Shown here piece after piece: positions 26,392-38,322 of a stretch of 64,000 nt of DNA. Numbering within the stretch: position 1 is the first letter of the stretch; the number at the start of each line of letters is the position of its first letter. Source of the DNA: Octopus bimaculoides (Eukaryota); NCBI RefSeq assembly GCF_001194135.2, contig NC_068993.1, forward strand, positions 25,071,845 through 25,135,844, in the 5' to 3' direction. The notes below the pieces were generated by a model. It made no database searches, was not told where the DNA came from, and saw nothing but the letters and a program-made list of their open reading frames with translations. The position numbers and the translations under genes were made by a program.

Positions 26392-27075
26392 TGTTTAACG
26401 TCTGCTTTCCATGCTAGCATGGGTTGGACGATTTGACTGAGGACTGGTGGACCAGGAGGCGACACCAGGCTTCAATCTGATTTGGCAGAGTTTCTACAGC
26501 TGGATGCCCTTCCTAACGCCAACCACTCCAAGAGTGTAGTGGGTGCTTTTACGTGCCACCGGCACGAGGGCCAGTCAGGTGGGTACTGGCAACGGCCACG
26601 CTCGAAATGGTGTATTTTACGTGCCACCTGCACAGGAGCCAGNNNNNNNNNNNNNNNNNNNNNNNNNNNNNNNNNNNNNNNNNNNNNNNNNNNNNNNNNN
26701 NNNNNNNNNNNNNNNNNNNNNNNNNNNNNNNNNGGATGTCTTACTGGCAAAGGCCATGCTCGAAATGGTGTATTACGTGTCACCTGCACAGGAGCCAGTC
26801 CATCAGCACTGGCAACGATCTTGCTCGAATGACTTTTCACGTGCCAGGAAGGCGACGTTGGTAACGATCACGCTAGTGCTATTTACGTGCTACCGGTACG
26901 GAAGCCAGACAGCTGCTCTGGCAACGATCACGCTCAGACGGTGCTCTTAGTGCTCCACTGGTACAGGTGCCATCATGATTTCGCTTTCGCTCGCCCCAAC
27001 AGGTCTTCGCAAGCCGAGTTGAGTGTTCCTACAAATTTAGTTCGATTTCGATTTCACTTGCCTCACCATGACTTT
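26366..27075 (-). repeat. Solo RTE 3'UTR copy with tandem units
   Basis: Same tail and repeats as 32017-32470, with an internal N gap. Confidence 0.8.
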
Positions 27076-27434
27076 GCAAGCGGAAAATGTAAGGAGAAAT
27101 AATTAAATGCCACAAAACATTTAGTCCAACCATATCATCTCTGTCCTCAATAATAATAATAATTGTTTACAACGTAGTCACAGAACAGAATTGGAGGTGG
27201 GGTAAAAAGCTCTTTTATCTTTTCTTTCAGCCATTAGACAGCAACTATGATGGGGCACTGCCTTGAGGAATTTTAGTTGAACTAATCAACCCCAGTACTT
27301 ATTTTCTTTTTAAGCCTGGTACTTAGTCTATCAGTCATTTTTCCAAAACTTCTAAGTTATTGGAATGTAAACACACCAACACCAGTTGTCAACCAGTGGT
27401 GAGGAACAAACACAGACATATATACATATATATG

Positions 27435-27974
27435 GGATCTTTTTTAAAACGGGGCCACATTTTTCATTAATGTTTTACGTAGTGTTTTTGGTACCGAAAG
27501 ACTTTCAAACTTCGTATACTTATCTATTTTGTGTTATAGAACAGAAAAATATTTTTGTATTCGAATTTATTTCATGTAAAAAATTGTCTTATTTCGATAA
27601 TTTCAACCAATCACTGACAAGTATTCAGTTGTTTACATTTACTCCTTTGGCTGATTAAGCCATAGCTTCGTTTTATTTGCTTTTTTCTTTTTAAATTTGC
27701 TGTTTTACCCTAACCCTAACCCTATCACCGATAGAATTGTTTCAGAATCGTTTGTTTATGTAGTCGGCACTTAATGTATATCGGCTGAATGGACGTCAGT
27801 GATTGGTTGAAATTACAGAAATATGACAACTTTAACATGGAATAACTTAGGGATTTCTTTTTTTTTTAAGAAGACTAAGAGAAAAAGATGTTTTATATGA
27901 CACATTCTACCAGTGTTCCAAGTTTCAAAGTGTTCCGTTAATGAAAAATGTGGCCCCTCTTTTAAAAAAGATCC
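27435..27974. mobile_element. 540-bp MITE with ~36-bp TIRs and internal (CCCTAA)n
   Basis: ggatcttttttaaaa.ggggccacatttttcattaa TIR pair, with taccctaaccctaaccct at about 27706-27724. Confidence 0.8.
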
Positions 27975-27980
27975 TATATA

Positions 27981-30797
27981 TGTTGTGAATCTTGCAGACA
28001 GGAAATAGATTTAATCCTAGATTTCCAAATTTAAATTAACACTTCAACAGCACTTTTCTCACAGTAAAACTATTGTTTTACTGTGACAGCAGCTTACATT
28101 TGCCAGGTGCCTTAGCTAAGCAAAATAATGTCTTCGCCTCTTGACCCTTCGACTCTCTTATAAGCCACCAAAAGCTAGAATTAAAATAACAAGTACCACC
28201 AACGAAATCTATTGTTCTCAACGATATGTCTATCCTTCTGGGTAGTTATAAAAACAAGAACCCCCATGCAAAAGTGATTTAGTGAGTGAGAACAGACTCT
28301 GGCTGAACAAAACGCTTGTCGCAAAAGGGCACAAAAGGTCAACTATGATATCTCACCAATGAAGCAGTTGTTTTATTACAACTTCAGTCATCACTGTTCC
28401 TTCATCATTACATAATGGCAATCAACTAACAACAAACTATTACAATTGGTGATGACCCTCGACTTCAACGAAGAACCAATCCTTACAAATTGGTGACTCA
28501 ACCGTTACACTAACTAACTTCTACCATTCCAAATTGGTGATCCCAACGTTGCACCATAACAGGCATCGATTACAAATTGGTGACCCCATGTAAAAAGAAT
28601 TGCTGCCTTCTGAAGCTACATTAGCTGCTATCTTTTCCTCACTACTTCAGCTTAAAAAAGAACTACAGTCATCATATCAAGTCGTTAGACCAAAGGAAAA
28701 ATAACGATAACCTTCATCTCCACCAAGATGCATCCTCTTTCAACCTGCTACAAACAGCTCTATACTGTGATCCACACTACAATGCACTTTTCAACAATGC
28801 AACACTGCTGATGCACAAGGAATTTGCTGACCATAGAAGCCAATAAATGCATCATTTCGACAGCTACGTGCCCAGAAATTAACTGGATAAAACTATGGAA
28901 GTCCACACATGCAACATTTTCAACAGCCATAGACTTGAAATTTCTTTGCATGCACCTATTTTTGCATTTCAAATGCTACTTTTTAGCTTTTCAGGACCAG
29001 AACACTTTCTAACCAAGTTTGTCATTTTAGCTTGATTAATTTTGTTGTTTGCATTGCACATGCATTGTTCACCTGTTTTTATTACATGGTTTCTGCTAAA
29101 TGTTCTTCTTTTGAATGTCTGCAATTCCTTTCTTCGCATGCACCTTTCCTAGGCGGCTGGCCTTGTGCATGCATCTGCACACATTGTTACACACACACAC
29201 ATGCCTTTCTCGTTTGTTTTTCATGCTCCATGACCTTGTAGACACAACTCGTCTCTGTAAGACCCTAGGTCGGTCATGCATACATAGAGAAAGTTGTTTG
29301 TCCCTCACAATGCGCCAGCATGCCACACTTTTCACTCCTGCACGATCAAGGCATATAATACCTCGTGCACCGGCTGGTATATTCAGCACTGCCTTAATCT
29401 CTGGCATATTCAATACCATACACTGTATTTGTAATCAATGCACTAGCATTACTGCATCAGCCTTGCAAGCTTTGTTGTACACATGCACACGCACCTCTAT
29501 TATGCCTCTACTGCCTTGTTTTTTTTCAACACGTCTGTATCAGCTCAACACTTATCCTGACTTGATTCATGTTGGATGTTCATATGCTCTGCGCTCATGT
29601 TTAGACATAATTTCCCCGTTAGACCCCTGTTTGGTCATGTAATTAACAGAGAAAATTATCTGTCTTGGGCATCACTCTGGCATGCTTACACTGTCGTCCT
29701 TGCTAACCTCAGCTAGTATCCACGACAACAGCACCAGACATAATTTTACTTCTGAAAAATCTTCAAGGCATTTCATAAACTGCAACCCTGCAGGAGGATC
29801 TTCCATATCATGGACTGAGAATACACTCACTCGCTCACCTGAGCTTATTGTACTGTGAATTTCGAAACATGCACCTGCACTCATGTATACACCCTCATGC
29901 GCACTCACATGCTCATTTTCTTTTCTGCCTAGTCACTGACTGCACACATTTTGGCACACAAAGCGACACTGCAATTCAAATTTATCCGAATAAAAAACTG
30001 TCCCATATACACTTCAATGATCCTCTCTCCTAATATGTGAAAGTTTTCCTCAACCATACATTTCTTTCTCTTCCTCAATCATTTTTTTCCTTTTCCCCGG
30101 AAGCTCTCTGGTGGGGGAGTTATGTTGTGAATCTTGCAGGCATGAAGTAGATTCGATCCCAGATAGCCAAATTTAAATTAACACGTCAACAGCACTTTTC
30201 TCATGGTAAAACAATAGTTTTTCAGTGACAGCAGTTTACATTTTCCAGATGCCTTAGCTAAGAAAATAATGTCTTCGCCACTGGACCCTTCTAACCTCTT
30301 ATAAGCCACCAAAAGTTAGAATTAAGATAACAAGTACCACCAACAAAATCTATTGTTCTCAATGACATGTCTATCCTTCTAGATAGTTATAAAAACAAGA
30401 AGCCCCAGGCAAAAGTGATTTAGTGAGAACAGAGTTCAGCTGACCAGCTGAACTAAATGCCATCACAAAAGGACAATTATGGTAACTCACCAACGAAGCA
30501 GTTGTTTCGTCCTACACTTTCTCATTCTCACTTTATTTTCTCTTACATCACTCTATTTCTATTTGTAATTACTACGACACAATGACGAGAACACAAACAC
30601 AAACTATACAAGGAAAATCTACGACATCTATCTTTACTTCGCATGCTTTACGATTTTATCACCTGCCCGTTGAGGCAAGGTATTTTACAATGTAACGGTA
30701 CAATAAATACTATTTTTACAACTTCAACCACTGTTCTTTCATCTTTACATAATGGCAATTAACTAACAACAAACTATTACAAATGGTGATGACCCTC
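27981..30797 (+). mobile_element. Non-autonomous LTR element in tandem arrangement: LTR-PBS-internal-PPT-LTR-PBS-gap
   Basis: Direct repeats 27981-28444 and 30123-30781 with TG...CA ends, PPT ggtgggggag at 30110, and a TGGTGA PBS after both LTRs. No pol motifs recognised in the internal 1.7 kb. Confidence 0.8.
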
Positions 30798-31429
30798 NNN
30801 NNNNNNNNNNNNNNNNNNNNNNNNNNNNNNNNNNNNNNNNNNNNNNNNNNNNNNNNNNNNNNNNNNNNNNNNNNNNNNNNNNNNNNNNNNNNNNNNNNNN
30901 NNNNNNNNNNNNNNNNNNNNNNNNNNNNNNNNNNNNNNNNNNNNNNNNNNNNNNNNNNNNNNNNNNNNNNNNNNNNNNNNNNNNNNNNNNNNNNNNNNNN
31001 NNNNNNNNNNNNNNNNNNNNNNNNNNNNNNNNNNNNNNNNNNNNNNNNNNNNNNNNNNNNNNNNNNNNNNNNNNNNNNNNNNNNNNNNNNNNNNNNNNNN
31101 NNNNNNNNNNNNNNNNNNNNNNNNNNNNNNNNNNNNNNNNNNNNNNNNNNNNNNNNNNNNNNNNNNNNNNNNNNNNNNNNNNNNNNNNNNNNNNNNNNNN
31201 NNNNNNNNNNNNNNNNNNNNNNNNNNNNNNNNNNNNNNNNNNNNNNNNNNNNNNNNNNNNNNNNNNNNNNNNNNNNNNNNNNNNNNNNNNNNNNNNNNNN
31301 NNNNNNNNNNNNNNNNNNNNNNNNNNNNNNNNNNNNNNNNNNNNNNNNNNNNNNNNNNNNNNNNNNNNNNNNNNNNNNNNNNNNNNNNNNNNNNNNNNNN
31401 NNNNNNNNNNNNNNAAAACAAGTGGTCAA

Positions 31430-32010
31430 ATCTTACATTTTAATGGAACTTAATTGTCAATATAGTTTCCTTGATTATCTCTGACATCTTTCTATCTACT
31501 TGTAAGCTTTTTAATTTCATTAGTGAAAAACTCTTTCAGATTTGAAGAGAAAAATTCTGAAAGGCCAGTTTCAACTTCCACAGTTGTTTTGAGAGTCAAT
31601 CAATCCAAATCATTCTGTAAACTACAGAAGAAATGGTAATCTGGGGAATAAGGCGGATGAGCAATTTTCTCTCAGCCAAGTTCTTCGATCTTTTGTGACG
31701 TGATCTTTGCAGTGTGGGGTCTTGCACTATTCTGATGAAACACCAGTCCCTTTTGGTTCACTACAGCAGGCATTTTTTTCTTCAAAGCAGTGTTCAAACA
31801 CTCAAATTGCTGACAGTAGATTTGAGCACTAATCATTGCATTTGTTTGCAGCAACTGAAAGTGGTTGACTCGTTTGCAATCCCACCAAACAGAGATAACC
31901 TTCTTTTGCATGGAGTTCTCTTTTTGGTTGTGGTTGGGCCTTTTCCCCTTCACCAAGCCAATGTCTACGGCACTTAACATTTTGATAAAAAGCCCATTTT
32001 TCCTCACCAG
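31430..32010 (-). mobile_element. Mariner 3' half (split by RTE insertion)
   Basis: GEEKW, HQNSARPH, HPPYSPD, DNQGNYIDN*. Confidence 0.85.
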
Positions 32011-32016
32011 TCACCA

Positions 32017-33440
32017 TCATCATCATCATTTAACATCTGCTTTCCATGCTAGCATGGGTTGGACGATTTGACTGAAGACTAGTGAACCAGATGGCTACAC
32101 CAGGCTCCAATCTGATTTGGCAGAATTTCTACAGCTGGATGCCCTTCCTAACGCCAACCACTCAGAGTGTAGAGGGTGCTTTTACGTGCCAGTCAGGCGG
32201 TATTGGCAACGGCCATGCTCAAAATGGTGTATTTTACGTGCTACTTGCACAGGAGCCAGTCCAGGGGCACTGGCAACGATCTNNNNNNNNNNNNNNNNNN
32301 NNNNNNTTCGCAAGCCGAGTTTTGTGTCCAATGAAGGAGACGATGTTGGCATGGGTGCCAGTCGTCGAATTTAGTTCGATTTCGATTTCACTTGCCTCAA
32401 CAGGTCTTCACAAGTGGAGTTTAGTGTCCAATGGAAGGAGAGGTACACATAAGTGGGCTGGCTACGCCCCTGGCAGAGGCCTTTGGTTTGGGTCTCACTT
32501 GGCTTGCCGGGTCTTCTCACGCACAGCGTATTTCCAAAGGTCTCGGTCAGAAGTCATCGCCTCGGTGAGGCCCAATGTTCGAAGGTCATGCCTAACCACC
32601 CCATTCCAGGTCTTCCTGGGCCTACCTCTTCCACAGGTTCCCTCAACCGCTAGGGTGTAGCACTTTTTCACACAGCTATCCTCATCCATTCTCGCCACAT
32701 GACCATACCAGCGCAATTGTCTCTCTTGCACATCACAACTGATGCTTCGTAAGTTCAACTTTTCTCTCAAGGTACTTTCACTCTTTCTAGTAAGCACACT
32801 GACATTACACATCCATCGGAGCATACTGGCTTCATTCCTTGCGAGCCTACGCATCTCTTCAGCAGTCACGGCCCATGTTTTACTGCCATGAAGTATGTCT
32901 GTTTGTACACATACGTCATACAGTCTGCCTTTTACTCTGAGAGAGAGAGACCCTCTGTCACCAGCAGAGGTAAGAGCTCTCTGAACTTTGCCCAGGCTAT
33001 TCTTATTCTAGCAGCTACACTTTCAGCGCACCCTCCCCCACTACTAACTTGGTCACCTAGATATCGGAAGCTATCAACCACTTCTAGTTTTTCTCCCTAG
33101 AAAGTGGCAGAAGTTGTTTTCTGCACATTTACAGTGTTTATAGCTCCTGAACATCTGCTACAAACAAAAACTAACTTCCTAGTTAACCTTCCTTTGATAT
33201 TGCTGCACCTCTTATGTGTCCATAGCTTGCACTGGGTGCATCTTATAGAGTTTCTACCTACGCCTTTTCTACAGATCGAGCAGGGCCATCTACCTGAAGG
33301 GGTTTGTGTTTTTCTACCTTCCTACTTATTAGGACTTTGGTTTTAGCTAGGTTGACTCTAAGGCCGTTCAATTCTAGTCCTTGCTTCCATACCTGAAACT
33401 TCTCCTCTAGTTCTGAGAGTGACTCAGCAATCCAGTCTGT
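32017..33440 (-). mobile_element. RTE-type LINE 3' portion with best-preserved PHD finger
   Basis: WPCSICRKGVGRNSIRCTQCKLWTHKRC...CSRC...YLGDQV...GRGRPRKTW, then 3'UTR and (GAT)n tail. Confidence 0.9.
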
Positions 33441-33449
33441 CCAAAAAGG

Positions 33450-33900
33450 GGGAGATGAGTTAACGAGAATGAAGAGAAGAGATGTTCACTTGGGATTTGC
33501 AGTTAGCTACAGACAAATTGCAAGGCACCCATTTTATGAGTTTTGGAACCTTTCCAAGCTGTTGAAGATGGTAGTGAACAGTTGTATGGCTTGAATGAAG
33601 CTTGCTTGCCAATTCTTCAAATGAAACTGCATGATCTTTTTCAAGTTCTGCCAAAAGAAGCTTGTCATCAAACTCAACTGGATGTTCTGTTCGGGCCTCA
33701 TCTTCAAGGCTGAAATCTCTTCTGAATTTTACAAATCATATTCTGCAAGTTTTTTCCTTCAGGTACACTTCTCCATAAGCTGAGTGAATATTTCAAGTCA
33801 CTTCAGCTGCAGAGTTTCCTTTTTTAAACTCATAAATACTCAAATACTCCTTAGACACTTCCATGTTTGAATAGCTATAATTAGTGAAATTTCAATTAGA
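33450..33900 (-). mobile_element. Mariner 5' half (partner of 31430-32010)
   Basis: HLQQLGKVPKLIKWVPCNLS...ISSLHSR. Confidence 0.8.
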
Positions 33901-34047
33901 TTATCCTGCTAAACGAAATTTAATCAGTTTAAATATGTCCAAATACATATATTACTTGATGCCATTAGACATCCTAAAATACTGTTAAAGCATTTACAAA
34001 TTGTAAATATAGAAGTCCAGATATTACTTATGGGATGACCTGATATA

Positions 34048-35278
34048 TCAGTTTGAGTAAAAAATAAGCAACGTTTTGAGCCAAGAAGAATTTGTAACAA
34101 ATTTTTGTAGAGTTTTGAATTCTTTAAAAACATTTTTTTGCAATTCTCTGATAATATAGACACAAACTTGCCCAAATGCATCAATAAATTAACATTGATA
34201 TCTTTTTCACTGTTGTTACAAACATCTGAAATGGAACTGTCAAAGTAAGATATTTGAGCAATTTTGCTATTCAACTTCAAAAAAGGACGTAAAGCAGCTG
34301 AAATTGCTTGCATTATCAACGAAATGTTTGTGAGGAAATGACCAGTGAGTGGTCAGCTCAAAAATGGTCTAAACAATTTTGCAGTGGAGCCCTGAGCCTT
34401 GAAGATTGTGAGTGTAGTGGACGCCCATCTGTCATCATTGATGGTCAATTAAAGACTGTCATTGAGAAAGATCCACGTAAAGCCACTCGAAAACTGGCAA
34501 AAGAACTTCAAGTTTGCTAGAAAACTGCTTGCAACCATTTGCATGTGATCAGAAAATCAAAAATGCTCGACAAATGGGTACTATATGATTTGAATGAAAA
34601 TTAGAAAATGCACAGATATGGAATTTGCTCATCACTTCTCCATTTCTTGACTGTATTGTAACTTACGATGAAAAGTGGATTCTGTACAATAATAAAAAAT
34701 GTTCTGTGCAGTGGTTGGACCAAAATGAAGCACTGAAAACCTTCCCTAAACCCGAGCTCTTCAAAACAAAGGTCATGGTGACTGTTTGGTGGTGTACTGG
34801 ACTCATCCACTATAACTTCTTAAAACCCGGAAAAACCATTACTGCAGAAACATATTGCCATGAAATTACCAAAATGAACGAAAAACTGCTACTCCTTTGT
34901 CCCAGACTGGTCAACAGAAGAGGGCCAATCATTCTTCATGACAATGCTCGACCACATGTTTCACTACGAAGTTCTTCCCAACCGAGCTTATTCCTCAGAC
35001 CTTTCTCCTACCAACTACCACTTTTTCAAGCAACTTAATGGTTTCCTGCAAGAGAAGGAGTTCAAAAATCAAACCGATGCTGAATATGCATTCAAAGAGT
35101 TTATCAGCTCTAGAACTCCAGATTTTTATGTTACTGGAATAAACAAACTCGTAACTTGTTGGCAAAAAAGTGTTGATTGTAATGGTACTTACTTTGATGA
35201 ATAAAATTTCCGCATTGTTGAAATATATTGTGATGAATTTCAAGTTTTAAAACGTTGCCTACTTTTTACTCAGCCTGA
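34048..35278 (+). mobile_element. Near full-length decayed mariner (DD34D)
   Basis: About 30-bp TIRs tcag..gagtaaaaa.ta.gcaacgtttt with TA flanks. VTYDEKW, HDNARPH, YSSDLSPTNY. Confidence 0.92.
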
Positions 35279-36733
35279 TATATATGATAGGCTTCTTTCA
35301 ATTTCTGTCTACAAAATCCACTCACAAGGCTATGGTCAGCGCAAAGCTATAGTAGAAGATACTTGGCCAAAGTGTCATGCAGTGGAGTGAACCCAAACTT
35401 TTTACCACACTGAATGTAGGGCTTAACTAGAACTTTATTCTATTGACCCCCAAAAGATGAAAGCAAAGTTGAACATGGTGGGATTTGAATTTAGAACATA
35501 AGGAAATTATGCTTTTAGGACAATCCACTGAGGGTTATGGACCAAGCAATGACAAATCTATCATTGGAAGTAAACCCAGGAATGATGGCTCTTTAGAAAA
35601 TAACAAAATCAATAGCATATGGAAGTCAGAGAATACTATAATGCTAGTGGGAACCTTTGAAGGCAAAAGATTAGCTCCAAGTATATTCTAAAGGAAAGGA
35701 AATTGACATAGACTTCACTAGGTTTTCGTAAAGCAAGATATTTTTTCATTGAGAAGGAGCCACAATTTTTGTCAAATTACATTTCTATATGTCCAGAAAT
35801 AACCACCATGGTCTGAAACATTTTACTTAACTACATCATCCACCTTATCTGAGATTGCCGTTGTTATTGAGCTGATCATTCGGTCACATTAGAGCTATCA
35901 AAGATTACGCGTCCTTCCTTCCTTTTTTAAGACGGTAGGAGCGTGATTTGAAGGAAACTGGCTACTACTTCCAGCAAATAAGAGACTACTTAGAGGTTTC
36001 CTGCAAGGGTTTTGATTATACGTATTGGATTTAACTTTGGACACCTAGATTTTGGAGATTGACTTTTATGTAGTGTTGTGTAAATTGGCGAAAGAAAATT
36101 GGGCTATGTTTGACTCGCAGAAGGTAACAGCTGAGCTGCGTGCACAAGCCTTCGAGTCAAAACGAAAGATTGCCCCAAAATATTTACTTAATTTCTTCCT
36201 ATTTAATTCGGAAAATGCCCACCAGAATATTAAGACATAAAAATTGACATGTTGAAATATGTTTGTATTACGTGAACACGTCAATGCTTGTGTTTGTCTA
36301 TACATGAACAGAAATCTACACCACGAGTATATACTGCAGTTGAACACAGGAAAACACCAAACTTCACATAGTACTTCGTTATGATACAATACTAAATACA
36401 CGTGTAAGCAGTACCAAAACACGGTATCTGTCACGAGACACCAAAATAAACAAGTCACACTAGAACATTCTCTAATTGTACCCAGTTACAAACAACAGAA
36501 GTTTTCTCGGCAAAGGTAAAGAATACGTACACCAGGTGGCTAGATTAGGGTTTTTGTTACGCTGAAAATAGGTGGTGTATATATTCTTTACCTCCGCCGT
36601 TTTCTCTGTAAAGAACATGAGAATGTTTCAATACAAGAAGTCTTTATGGCGAGTTTTGACAAAGTGCATATGACGTGTAAAGAAAGAACAAAGCTAAAAG
36701 ACGTCATTATAGTATAAAGAAATTATTAGTTAC

Positions 36734-36811
36734 CGTTTTGACTAGAGGTAATTTAGCCTTTCCAACTAGATTCCATACAGTAGGATCGAGATGTTGCCGT
36801 ACGTCAGCCAT
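36734..36811 (-). CDS. COMMD8: COMMD8 coding exon 1 (MADVRQHLDPTVWNLVGKAKLPLVKT)
   Basis: aaaATGG start, 78 nt, phase-0 donor ACG|gtaact. Length and phase fit exon 2 and the short first exon of human COMMD8 (recalled). Sequence similarity is weak. Confidence 0.7.
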
Positions 36812-36825
36812 TTTGACAACAATGA

Positions 36826-36835
36826 ATCACGTGAC
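36826..36835 (-). promoter_or_regulatory. E-box / CLEAR-like motif GTCACGTGAT about 15 nt upstream of the COMMD8 ATG
   Basis: atcacgtgac on plus, a 9/10 match to GTCACGTGAC. Confidence 0.45.
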
Positions 36836-38300
36836 AATAATTAGAGTAACCAGGGTGTGGGTGTGGCTTTGTTTTCTTCACTCGGTAGGCAAGTTAGACT
36901 TGCCATTTCCTGTAACCGCTATTTCTTTTGCAGACATTGTGGAGTTAGAAATATCCTATATATATATGATATATATATATATATATATATATGATATATA
37001 ACCACCACTTCCCACTTTATCTATTTATTTATTTTATCAATGCCGGTATTACTGTCACAGTCAATTATTATTTGCGAAGGATTGTGCTGTTATTTCTAGC
37101 TAGCTGTACGAGCATATAGAGCAGATATTTTCAACCACTGCTAAGTATGATTTACTGGTGCCACGAATCGGAAAATTCTAAGATATTTAGAAAACTCTAA
37201 TGTTTTTAAAACACCACACAGAAGCATGCGTATTTATTTTCGGCAAATTGCAATGCATACGCCCATCTGTTTGATTTTATCTTCATTTATATAATAAAAA
37301 ACAAAACAAAAAAATATGGTTTAAAAGGGCTAATGATGCGATATGACACGTAGCACCTTATTCAGTGTGTCGTGGAGGAAAAGCTAAAATTGCTGATTCG
37401 GAAGTTGGTTCGTAGTTGTTAGTGTATGAGCATGTATACAGGTAATGTAAATGGTTTCTTTGTCTGGCCATGTGACAGAGTATATGCATGTATTGGGGGC
37501 GTTTCTTAGTATATATGTTTGAGCCTGGTTTCTGTTGTTTTTTGCTAGTGTATACACAGAGCATGTGCATATAGAGGCAACGCACTCGTTAAGACAAGAA
37601 TACTTACTCGTGCACATTTAGACATGTATTAAAGCATAGTTACAAACACCGTACACTCAATTATTATATAATATAGACACATATATAGTGTACATATATG
37701 CTCATATGGGACGATAAACGACCGGAAAGCCTTTAATTATGTTTATTCCATCAGGGTTAACCAGAGATGGCAGAAACGTTAGCACGCCGGGCAAAATGCT
37801 TAGCAGTATTTTGCCTGTCTTTACGTTCTGAGTTCAAATTCCACCGAGCTCGACGTTGCCTTTCATCCTTTCGGGGCCGATAAATTAAGTACCAGTTGCA
37901 TACTGGAGTCGATCTAATCGACTGGCCCCCACCTCAAAAATTTCGGGTCTTGTAGGCACCGGTCCCAATAGTATTTACTGGACACAATAGCACTCATTGG
38001 GACTAACAGAAGACTACAACGTACATAGGTCAGAATTGGGTTCCACAGATCTGTAGAGCCCCTAGGCAACTGCCGAGTGTGCCCATGCCTTAAGACGGCT
38101 TTACATGTAGTATTTAGTTGTGGCCACTTACATTCGAAGTTCAAATCTCGCTGAGATAGAAAAACTGCACGTCAGTCAATAACTGAACAGATTTCTATAA
38201 TCAATATATCAAAGACTTGAATGAAATTATAGTAGAAGACCACAACTGAGTCTTCCGAACATTTCTCATTCTTTCGTTCTCTCAATATACACTATAGTTG

Positions 38301-38322
38301 ATTGGCTAAACTATATACCAAT
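38301..38322. promoter_or_regulatory. Paired CCAAT boxes in the intergenic region, possible ATP10 promoter
   Basis: ATTGG at 38301 and CCAAT at 38318, in a region with more CpG than its surroundings. Confidence 0.25.

Noticed and set aside
36592-36618. Alternative COMMD8 first exon MFFTEKTAE with GAG|gtaaag
   Set aside because: It is too short and has a poorer start context than 36734-36811. It is not formally excluded.
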